Assembly (NCBI GenBank): GCA_010015585.1
Contig: ML975150.1
Origin: Eremomyces bilateralis CBS 781.70
Taxonomy: Eukaryota
Strand: one strand, 5' to 3'
DNA length: 49,999 nucleotides
Translations under genes and position numbers: made by a program
In this document: positions 39,453-49,554 of the stretch, one piece after another
Layout of the letters: the number at the start of each line of letters is the position of its first letter
How positions within the stretch are numbered: position 1 is the stretch's first letter
Notes under the pieces: generated by a model
Seen by the model: the letters and a program-made list of their open reading frames with translations, nothing else
Told to the model about the DNA's origin: nothing
Databases searched by the model: none

Positions 39453-40731
39453 ATGTATTCCATAAGTGATGAAGAGTTGGATCATGTCTACCGCTTCGCT
39501 CTTGATCTTGCCAATGGCGCTGGCGAAATGCTTCAGAAATCAGTACGCGGTAGAATGCAGTCCAATTCTTTGACGAATTTGCAACAAGAGGAAAAAGAAA
39601 GCGCCGTAGATCTGGTTACAAAAGCAGATGAAGGTATGACAATCAAGAAGATCTTGCTACGCGAAGACTTCGAGATTGACAAAAAGCAGATGTAGAAGCA
39701 TTCATCAAACGAAGCATTCAAGAGAAATTTCCAAGTCATCAGTATGGTTTTGTCCCTAAATATGGTTTTCTAATAATGACACTGGCCTGAAGTTTCATCG
39801 GTGAAGAAACCTACTCGAAGGGAGCCTCCCGACAATACCTGATCGGGGATGAACCGACATGGTGTGTTGATCCCTTAGATGGTGAGTGATAATGCCCTAT
39901 GACTACTGAGCTGACAAATATAGGGACGGTTAACTTCATCCATCTCTTTCCAATGTACTGTGTCTCCATCGGTTTCGTGGTGAATGGCAAACCGGTAGTT
40001 GGAGTGATCAATGCACCCTTCTTGAAACAAACCTTCTCTGCCTGCAAAGGACGCGGTGCTTGGCTCAATGAAAAACAGAAGTTGCCTCTCATTCGAAATC
40101 CGATCCCTCCAATCCCTCCGAATGCGCCAAGTGGGTGTATTTTCTCTTGCGAATGGGGTAAGGATCGAAGAGATCATCCGGATAGTAACATGCATCGGAA
40201 GATCGAGGTATTTCTCAACATGGCAGCAGAGATTGGTGGAAGAGGGGGTAAAGGGGGTATGGCCCATGGAATAAGAAGTCTGGGGAGGTAAGTTGATTAT
40301 CCGTTTCGATTCCAAGCTGATGATTTAGTGCCACCATGGACATTGCCTACACAGCAATGGGAGCATTTGATATCTGGTGGGAAGGGGGATGTTGGGAATG
40401 GTATGTGCCACAGAAATCTTCTGTCTTTCACTGACATGGGCTAGGGACGTTTGCGCGGGTATTTGTATTTTGGAAGAAGCAGGTGGACTTATTACGACTT
40501 CAAATCCTCCCAATGATTTCGAGACCGCACCGATCGAACCCGTCAAGCTTGGAAGTCGCCTATATCTGGGCATTCGGTAGGTGTCCCTCGATAGACAATG
40601 ATCCGAAATTGACCGAGAATAGACCTGCCGGACCTTCAAGTATTGAAACTTCCAGGGAAGGACAAGAACGAGCAATCCGTGAAACCTGGAGACGGGTTAG
40701 AGGTCTTGATTACTTGAGACCTGGGGTATAG
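39453..40731 (+). CDS. qutG: Inositol monophosphatase-family protein QutG/QA-X, ~332 aa
   Basis: Seven exons: 39453-39633, 39690-39741, 39793-39881, 39924-40287, 40329-40400, 40445-40576, 40623-40731. DLVTKADEDVE, FIGEE, WCVDPLDGTVNF, RSLGSATMD, WDVCAG..EAGG. Confidence 0.93.
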
Positions 40732-42370
40732 ATTCTCTACCTTTGCAATGACTAGCTCTGAAAGTGGAACGACCTTCACGAATAGTCACACTCCGACCCA
40801 AGACATCAGAAACCAAACACGCATTGAAACGTCTCGATGAGCGGTGATATTGCCATACGGGGCAGCGGTTTTGGGCAGCACAACCATCGTATGCAAGCAA
40901 TGCCTCCATTCGATGCGAGCGGTTCTAGTACTCCTCTAGACTACTTGGGTTTGACAAGGGCTTCCCTAGCGGACACTGCGATCATGGGAAAGGGGAGTAC
41001 ATGAGTCCCAATAACAGACCGCTGGTGCGACATCTAGATGCAGCACTGGTCGACAACGAATCTATGTGGCGCCACACACTGCTGATGCCTGGTGAAATTC
41101 ATTGCTTATCCCAATCCTAGTTGATGACCATATCACTTACTTGAGTGGTTTCAGTGATTGATCTCAAGTCTTGAATTTGATGCTACAGAGTACTGAAACG
41201 ATGCGAAATCCTGCTTCATCCGAGTAGAACTTGATTTCCCTTCGCCTTCGATGTGCACCTCCGGCGTCTGAAAACGGAGAATGGTATCCGCTTCCTGCAC
41301 TAAAAGAATATAAAGGGAGAACTCCCTGCATTTAGAAGGGTAAGAGGAGGTGAAAATAGGTAGCTATTAAGTTCTCCATACTCTAGGGATAAGTCTTGGG
41401 ACTATCAATTTCGTCCTACGGATGCTTTGTATTAACCCACTGGACCATGTACTTGCTCTAGACATCCGATCAAGCGCTGAGCTTCATAGCCCATGCCATA
41501 CCAGGAATCCTGGTGGAATAGCCACGAGGCCTTGCATCCAACATTCAAAACAAGTTCGAGAGAGTTGAGCAGAAGAATATTTCATTGGAGTTGAAGACCG
41601 CACAGCATTAGACCAATAAAATGAACAATCAAGAAAACTAGTCGCATAAAGATCCGACGAAGGAATAGCGGAGCTGGAGCACTTGAGTCAGACACGAGCA
41701 ATCATCATCGACGATCAAGCTAGTTCCAGGTAGTTAGCTCAAAATGTAACCACATCTACATAATAATTGTCTAAGAGGGATAACTAGTGTACATATGTTA
41801 TCGTAATCCGCAAGCTTCAGACAGCGCTGAGAATATCCAGGATTCACTCTTGAGCCAGCTGCCAAGCCGAAATGAAATCTACTCTCCTCAAATCCGGAAG
41901 ACTTCGCGCTGTCACAGTCGGAGGCTATAGTAGTGCTTTCACGTCTCGAAGAATACAATCAACGCCCAAGAGTATGGCCGGAGGTAACTCATAGCCTTTA
42001 TAGCCTCTAGAGACATCTAGCCCCGGACAAAATATTCGTGGAAACAATGGAAATAAGAATCTCGCTTATCCCGAGCGTTGGTGAGAATTGAAGGAAGAGG
42101 TGACATTGATTTTGTTGGGAGCCCTGCCTCGCCACATGGTGTGATCCAGTCGAATGATGGAGGCGCAGGCGGTACGGTACGTACCGAGTACCTATCAGGT
42201 CTCGTATCACTGACTTGTGTCTACCATCTCAGTGGACTGATCCAACATTTGCGACCAAATCTTAAGATCAGGTTGACAATTGCTAAGTAGGAAAATCCAG
42301 ATAGTTATAAGTAAAGCAATGTTCGTAGGTTGTTATTTAATGAACCAAGAAGAAAAATCATCCTAACAAC

Positions 42371-42996
42371 ATGAATTCAGACCAAGCTCAAGAAACCGTC
42401 ACCTCCAACACGATGGTTTCACAACACCCACATAATTTTTCCGAAACGGAGAAGCAACAACTTTCAGGATGGAACCCACTTCTCTGGTTGGACTACTTGA
42501 ATGCCGATGGCGCCGGTGCATATAATATCCTGAAAGCCGAGAGAAGCCAAATCGATGAATATGAAAGGAATGAGTCCGGAGAGGAGCAGCCAGAGAATCA
42601 AAACAGTCAAGCTGAAGATCCCACTTCACACCATCGTCTCTTACAAGAGGAAAAGAATCGTATGGGGGGATGGGCCCAATTTTTATGGCTTGACTACATG
42701 AACGCCGATGCGGCTGCTGCCCAAAGGGTTCTAAAAGCTAAAAGAGAAGAGAGAGAGGAATATGAGAGAAAGGAGGAAGAAATCCGTCCTACCTTGAGAG
42801 AGCTTGAAGATGGGATCCGGAAAGAAACAAGTGGACGGACAGCTCCAGTGGAGGGCTCGGGATCTGAGGAGCAGAAATCAATGGATATGGTGGAAGAGGA
42901 ATGGCAAGAAGCCTCACAATATCCGATCGGTCCAATAATGGGAGGTGAGTAGGATACTGAGAATGAACTTGAACTCTGCTGACGATCTTAGACTGA
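42371..42996 (+). CDS. Hypothetical Glu-rich protein with two internal GW..LWLDY.NAD repeats, ~192 aa
   Basis: ATG in good context (aacaacATG), TATAA at ~42306, open 191 codons, canonical terminal intron 42945-42991 (GTGAGT..GCTGAC..TAG) giving ..MGD*. Family not recognised. Confidence 0.62.
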
Positions 42997-43330
42997 GTAT
43001 TGTACGACTTGAAGGCGGACAGTAATGCTAATGACATTTACTGCCATGTATCTGCATAGAGTAAATCCATGAATTCCCGAGTCTCGAAGAAAGGAGCAGC
43101 TAGAAATGACACCAAGTTCGAATTGGATGTAAATCTCTCTACCAGACTTGAAAAAAAGGTGGTCGCTGATCAATGGCGTGTTGCAATCGGTCAAAAGTCT
43201 CCTGACTGGGTCAAGGCGTGCATATTTGTCTGCTGATACCACGCCACAAACTATATATTACCTGGACACCTAGATGAACAAGAAGCCGTCACGGAAACAC
43301 AACATACAGAACTGCAAAGTATTGCAAGAA

Positions 43331-44540
43331 ATGTCACAGTCTATGACTTATTTCACCTCGCCGAAATCGAGTCCGCACCCCTTCATTGTCGCCATTTCGA
43401 ACGCGGAGATTGGGATTTTGTCCCATATTTTACTTCTAATATCGTATGTCTTGAGTCTTACTAGTACTCCATTCAAAGGAGAAGGATTATTTGCGTCGGT
43501 ATCATTCTCCTGCTTCTGATTTCAACATACTGCAGCGCTTGTCCTCAATCCAGTCAACTTCGATATGGACTACTTGGGAGTTGGTTATACGTCGTTCATA
43601 TCTTCGAAAAGCTCCTCTTTCACAATCCTGAAGCAGAAGTCTGGAGACAAGATTACGAGAAAGAGGCACTGGGGATGGACTTTGGATGGCAAAAGCTTCA
43701 ATGGGCATCAGCACTTTGCATCAGTCCTCGAGAGGTTGGTTGGAATTTTGGTCTGCAGAGACTTCAACATGCACCCAAGATGAGTAGAAAGAGATTCATC
43801 GCAAACCAATTGCGGTACTTTTGCCGGGTATTCATCATCATGGATGCTGCGTCGATGGTCCAGGACCGATGGAAGTATCCCGATGTCTTTGACCATCCTT
43901 CATTGCTGGATCGCCTACTTGTTAGCATCGATTCCTTCGTCATCATGTTTTGCTCATGGGAAACTCAATGGACTTTTGTATCGCTGGTAGATGTCATAGG
44001 TGGTCTATCCGAACCTGAGGTATGCATATGTATTCAGTCTCAACAGCACTAACATTTATAGGATTGGCCGCCGATCCACGGTACGTTCGACGATATGACA
44101 AGTGTGGGAAGATTCTGGTGTTCTTTTTGGCAACAAATCCTACATCAAGTATGGTCCCCTATTTGATATCGAATGTTACTGACATGATTCAGTCATTGCT
44201 TGGGTATAGCCGTGCTCTGATCGCCTTCCTGGTATCACCCGATGTAGCTATGCAGCATATTTGATCCACCTATCGGTCGGATTCTTCATCTCTGGGATAG
44301 GTCATACCATTCAGTCCGTTGCTATGGGGACCAATATGCCATTCGGATATATATTGCGTGGAGCCATGGGAATTTTTATGGTTCAAGCGGTTGCAATAGT
44401 CTTTGAACAAGCATTGCCCTGGGGGTATCATTCATTGCTTCAGTCACGGGTGTGCTCCAGGAGAAGTTAAGAGAACGGTCCGAGACCATAAGATTTGTTC
44501 AGTATGTCTGGGTTGTGAGTTGGATGATCGGGTCAAGTTG
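43331..44540 (+). pseudogene. Frameshifted membrane-bound O-acyltransferase (wax synthase / TRI7-like, MBOAT_2) pseudogene; boundaries approximate
   Basis: Family-like segments in shifting frames: WQKLQWASALCISPREVGWN..SRKRFI, (intron 44020-44061) DWPPIHG..SVGRFWCSFWQQ, (intron 44149-44192) LSVGFFISGIGH, FMVQAVAIVFE, RFVQYVWVVSW. Frame changes near 43515, 43675, 44218 and 44460. Confidence 0.72.
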
Positions 44541-45085
44541 TGTTGAACGTTTTCGCGTGTCGATTAATCACGGAAGCAATAGGATATGGTATCCGTCTTA
44601 CCACTTCCTCCGACGTGGTTCTGTTCGCTATATCCGGCTAACTTGGCGTCCATAGCCTGGAGTTGCTGGGCTTGTCTGTTTAATTGCGGTTGTAGCTCGC
44701 TGTTCTGTGTCTATGTGTTCCCCAGTGTCGTGAGCAGACGCGTCATGATTTCCATGTCATTGGCTCCCGGGTGCTGTGCTCGTATAGCGCTAACTTGCTC
44801 TGGTGTTAAGTGTCCCTCCATCTGGAGATCCGTGTCTTTCTAGCTCGTTGGTCCTTTCGCCCAACGACTGCGTGTCTATGGCGGTTATAGTAGTCGTCTG
44901 CTCCGCGGTAGAGAACTTCGCAGGACGATCTAATGTTGAGCTTTGCAAATTAAGACGGTTTGATCGCAGAAGTTACGAGAACCACTTTCATTTATTGCAA
45001 AGCTAAAGAAGAAGAGCTATCTACGACGCGTGCGCGATGTCCAAGACTTCGACAGTTGACTTAGTCACGTGAGTGACTAGACTAT
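44540..45085 (-). mobile_element. RIP-degraded LTR retrotransposon 5' remnant (partial LTR, self-priming PBS, gag-like start); outer boundaries approximate
   Basis: Minus strand: pyrimidine tract then AGCTTTGCAA (45004-44995), LTR end near 44951, atTTGCAAAGCTca (44948-44939), then a Gln-rich frame from ATG 44821 (MEGHLTPEQVSAIRAQHPG..) broken by TAG at 44713-44711. Confidence 0.62.
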
Positions 45086-46185
45086 CATTCAGGGAACAGG
45101 CCACAGGCCTGGTACTCTAACCCGGAGTGTAAGTCCCCTTGGTCTATCCGTTATCAGCAATGCTTGCAAAACCTAGGATGGAACCAGGTGGCTATTTAAG
45201 CCGGGTCGGCCTGTGTAAACTGTATTTGGACCCTGAATTAACGGCTTATAGTTGACTCGGCCTGCAAGCCGGTACGAGCCAAACTTTCTTCACCTCTAGC
45301 CTACCATAACTTCTTGGTTTCTGATATGCGATTTTGTATGAAGAGATACAAGGTGGAAACGAGCCAGCCCGAACCACTCAAAAGTGGGGACAAAGCCGGA
45401 ATGGCTTGTATTTGCCTAAATAGCCACCCTGGATGGAACTACGTCGCTTTCCCCCCCCTAACAAGGGAGGGGGACGTGCCTAGTAGACATAATGAGGATG
45501 AGCCTGGTGCTGATGAGGGTGAGCAGCAAGATGATGAGCATAGTGAGCGGCAAGATGGAAACCGGACTAGTAGAGAATTATCCCCGAAACCATTAGATAT
45601 AAGCGAAGCCCTCTCTTCCATCCGATCCAGTCCACCGCCGGTAACCCTCGAGCCTCCTCTTGCTGGTAAAGGCGACAAAAAGAAGAAGTCAACGAAGAAA
45701 CCGCGCGCGGTAAGTTGAAACCTACTATCCTATACTGCTTTCTCTGAATTAACAGCTAATAATTTCTCACCTTTGTATAGCAACCACCTCCTACCCGTCC
45801 TCAACGCTCCTGTCGCCCCAAGACCGATACGACCTCCGAAACATGCAACGTCCAGACTTTTACCGTCTACTTTCTTACATCGCTACGGGCAATCGAATAC
45901 TGGTCAAAGGCGCCCAATGGAAATCAGAAGCCTCCGCCAGTTACATTAGATCTGGACGGCATAGGAGCCACTAAGTTGAGTGTAAGCATGGACAGAAGTG
46001 GTTTCAAGAAGTTAGAATCTGCTACATCCGACCTACGACAACGACTTAAGATTCCTACGTTAGATGAGAGGTACCCTTCTTTCTTCTACTGGGGCCTACC
46101 TGGAATCAACCCAACCGACCAGAAGCCACTAGGTGATAAGGATGAATTCCAAAAAAATTGTAGAGCGCTACATGGAGTTGAGTAG
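45077..46185 (+). pseudogene. Degenerate spliced hypothetical gene, possibly transposon-associated
   Basis: One reading frame from ~45077 with two in-frame TAA (45197, 45239; consistent with CAA>TAA), phase-0 intron 45710-45780 (GTAAGT..GCTAAT..TAG), exon 2 open 45781-46185. An intact 262-aa product is possible from ATG 45326. Confidence 0.5.
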
Positions 46186-46354
46186 CGGAGACCAGGCTTC
46201 ATCCCGGTGCTTAATCCGGTTCTGTAACCCCGTTGCCGACTTTCCTCTAGAGCCGGAGGTATAGGTAGTTACATGGAGGATGGATTGGATAGCTATAGAC
46301 GGAGGTATGGACAGGCGCTAGGATTAGATATGTAGTATAATTGAATGCTATTTG

Positions 46355-46535
46355 TACCAGATCTTGCGACCTCACCAGATCTTATAACCATACCAGATTT
46401 TACGACTGCACCAGATCGTGCAATCACACCAGATCTTACGACTGCACCAGATCTTGCGACTGCACTAGATCTTGCGACTGCACTAGATCTTACGACTGCA
46501 TCAAATCTTGCGACTGCACCAGATCTTGCGACGAT
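46355..46535. repeat. 18-bp tandem array, consensus CACCAGATCTTGCGACTG, ~10 copies
   Basis: Directly visible; many variants are C>T/G>A (cactag, ttacga, ttataa). Confidence 0.93.
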
Positions 46536-46750
46536 TGCAGATGCTTTAGATGTCTATGAAGGCATTAATTGAAATAGATGGCTTGATTTCATTCAATGTA
46601 TCCACAGCATCCAGTTTTTGTATGGAGCATCCGCAGCATCCAAACAGGGACATAGACACAGGGCATCCTGGCATCCGCTGGCATCCACGACATCCAATTA
46701 GGCCTTGAAATGAAAAATAGTTTGCTGATGTGTGACAGAGGAATCTTGAT

Positions 46751-47105
46751 TAGGCTTAGGCTCTCAGCCTATGCTAAGTAATAGGGGTGTGTAATGTAAG
46801 ATGTTGTAAAATAGATTTGCCGGTAATTACGGGTCTTGGCGTAAAATAGATTCTACCTTACCGGGCCCACTTTACATACAAATTGTATAAGATCTTAGCG
46901 CAACTGGCCTGTTGCGGCTTTGAGTTCAGCCGGCGGTGGAAGATCTTTTTTCCGATAAACCCTAGGCCGTACTAGGTTTAGCGCATAATACGTATTTTAC
47001 GATAAAATTGGCTACTTTTCATTACTGGAGGCTATGTTACAGTAACATGCTCATAATACCCATTTTACACATCCCTAATGCTAACCATGGGCCATGCCCA
47101 TAACA
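46751..47105 (-). mobile_element. RIP-mutated LTR fragment (same family as 49299-49486 and 49511-49554) split by a MITE
   Basis: cttaggctctcagcctatgctaa (46755-46777) plus ccatgggccatgcccataaca (47085-47105) equals the reverse complement of 49511-49554 apart from G>A and C>T changes. Confidence 0.8.
46782..47077. mobile_element. ~296-bp MITE-like non-autonomous DNA element
   Basis: TIRs TAGGGGTGTGTAA / TTACACATCCCTA (12/13 match); flanking duplication ATGCTAA at 46771-46777 and 47078-47084; AT-rich non-coding interior with GTAAAATAGATT twice. Confidence 0.72.
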
Positions 47106-47883
47106 TACTCGACCACTTAAGTAACTCGCTACGCTCGTGATAAAAAGTAAGTTCTGTCGCCAAGACGCCTTAAGCCTAAACGGCTAGTAAACCCTTGCTG
47201 ACTCAGGAAATTTTCGCTGCGAGGTGCAATTTCCAGGTTCTCCATAATTGCTGGCAGAAACCCTCCATTAGCGAACAATACTTGACAGCTTCAGTTGCAA
47301 TTCCCGACCGTCTCGTTGTTCAAGCTCTAGCGAGTGTGGAGTCGCAACCAACCAACCATGGAGTTAGAGCTCTACGAAAGTATTCGTAATTACACCCACT
47401 ATTCCTATCCTGATGGGTTACACGACAGGCCTGAAAAGCAGTGGGACACGGCCCAAAGTGTGCGTCCGACTGTGGAAAAGAGTTCGCACTTCGGAGTTCC
47501 GGTCCGACACACCATTATTAGCCTCAAAGTCCGCTCCTAGCGGCTCCCCTTTCGTCTAATCACCATCCGCGTTGCTTCAGAAAGCGACTTATCCGTCTAC
47601 GAAAAAATTCTAAATCTAAGCTACTCTCTACTTTTCCTTCCCGCTAACTAGCTTGCAGCGGTTTTATGTTATTATTAAGCTTTTCCATTTCCCCGCGTTC
47701 TCCTGAAGTTTACGCCACAAATATGTGGGTGACGAACACGTCGCAATCATTACATCTTTCCCCAGAATTTTTGTATAACAAGGAGCACCATGTCTCGTAT
47801 GTGGACTCAATGTCTTGCTGATCTAGTCTTCTCTACTCAAATATATTGTTGCTGTTCTATTATTCTGGAATCCAATCGAGAAC

Positions 47884-49237
47884 ATGATAAACCTTACCCC
47901 AGAAGTCATTCTATCCTGGCCGACACCAAACTATGTCAATCCTGAGACACGCGGACTGACGTTGGCAGCTGTTAACCACACCTTTCTTGCGCTTTGTATT
48001 ATTTTAGTTGCTCTTAGACTCTATACACGCATTTGGATCGTCCGCTGGTTTGGATTAGATGATGTTTTTATTGCCATTGCATTGGTATAGAGCACTGTTT
48101 CCCATATTCCTGCCGTTTGAGAACCAGTAAACCCGCGACTAACCCGCATTAATATCAGATTCTGAGCATAGGAGTCAACGTTGGTACGTACATTGGCAGT
48201 TCAAAGTATGGATGGGGTCGTCATATATGGGATATACCATTGGATTGGGCGATACGTAAGAGACATCACGTCATGCCTACCATCCAGTACTAACCTTTAC
48301 CGGGATTTAGCTTCACTGAAAACCGCGTATGCGACAAGGCTGTTCTTTAATCTCTCTGCCAATGCGACAGCGCTGTCCCTACTCGTCTTCTATTATCGTC
48401 TTATTGATCAGGCGAATATCCGATGGTTCAGCTACGCACTTTGGAGCGTCTTTGCATTCAACCTGATCACTTGGTTTATCTTCTTCATGGCCCAGGTCCT
48501 GATATGCATGTACGTTTTATGCGTCTGTAATGAGAGATCCTGCTAATCAACGAAAAGACCTGTTCAAGCAGCCTGGGCAATAATAAAGCCCGAGACCGCT
48601 AAATGTATCGATGAAGGCGTTTGGACTATCGTTGGAGGCAGTCTCAAGACATTCGTCGACCTTCTTGTCACAACTTTGCCAATCCCTCTGATACTAAAGA
48701 TGAATATGAACAAGGCTCAGAAATATGGACTAGCATTTCTACTGGGATTGGGTTATGTTGTCACGGCTGCTGGCGCTCTACGGACATACTACAGCTGGAG
48801 AGTCTACTACGAGCCGAGCTACGATTACACATGGGAACAGTTTCCTGCGTTCGTTTCTAGCGCGGTAGAGAACAACCTTTCTGTGGTAAGTGCCTCCTTG
48901 AAACGCCATATACTTCTACTCATTATTTTCACAGATCTGTGCATGCATACCAACCCTCCGGCCTCTGTTTGCGCCGATCTTCGGCCCACCGCTCAGTTTC
49001 ATTCAGTCCAAGATCCATAGCATCAAAAAAGCCGGAACCGGCCGCGACGTAACTGGATTGTCGGCAGCAGATAGCTCGAAACAATCTTCGACATTAAAGG
49101 CTGGGAACGCTGACCCTGCCGCGGCGAGTGACCGGAAACTGATTATTCAGAAGCGGGAATCATTCGAGCTCAAAGACACTCGGTTTGAGGTCGGAGATCT
49201 GGAGGCAGCCCAGTGGGGTCGGACTAGATTTTACTGA
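47884..49237 (+). CDS. PTH11-like (fungal rhodopsin domain, no CFEM) integral membrane protein, ~375 aa
   Basis: Exons 47884-48084, 48159-48255, 48311-48509, 48558-48885, 48935-49237. SWPTPNYVNPETRG, VALRLYTR..GLDD, YGWGRHIWDIP, DLLVTTLPIP, ENNLSVICACIPTLRPL. Confidence 0.9.
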
Positions 49238-49298
49238 TGATGTTTCTAGTTTTCAGTTTTCACAATACGAGCGTTGGAGCGAGTTACTTGCACCCCAG

Positions 49299-49486
49299 TG
49301 TTACGGCACGGTAGCTGGATGCACACAACATACACGTAGCCAAAGATATTCTAGATTAAGCTAAAGAAGAGAACAAGAAAGGGAAGCTTTCTTGTTTACA
49401 TCGGAGAGGTTGGACTCTGATTTACCCTTAACCTAATCAGGCTTAGGCTCTCAGCCTGAGCCAACCAAGGGTTTCAACCCATAACA
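49299..49486 (-). mobile_element. Solo LTR (188 bp) with 5-bp TSD CCCAG
   Basis: TGTTA...TAACA inverted termini; CCCAG at 49294-49298 and 49487-49491; shares GGCTGAGAGCCTAAG with the other LTR copies. Confidence 0.88.
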
Positions 49487-49510
49487 CCCAGAAGGACAAG
49501 ATACGAAACC

Positions 49511-49554
49511 TGTTATGGGCATGGCCCATGGTTGGCACAGGCTGAGAGCCTAAG
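49511..49554 (+). mobile_element. 5' part of an LTR (TGTTATGGG family) interrupted by another LTR element
   Basis: tgttatgggcatggcccatggttggcacaggctgagagcctaag; similarity to the other copies stops exactly where TGTCGC begins at 49555. Confidence 0.78.

Noticed and set aside
40750..42300. Possible decayed coding sequence downstream of qutG (e.g. NIQNKFERVEQKNISLELK near 41540) or a qutH-like gene
   Set aside because: Fragments are short, stop-ridden and carry no recognisable family motif; nothing oxidoreductase-like is visible.
46341..46559. Cys-rich 72-aa ORF resembling a metallothionein (CDCTRS repeats); array also superficially CRISPR-like
   Set aside because: Translation artefact of the 18-bp tandem repeat, TTG start, no spacers, eukaryotic context.
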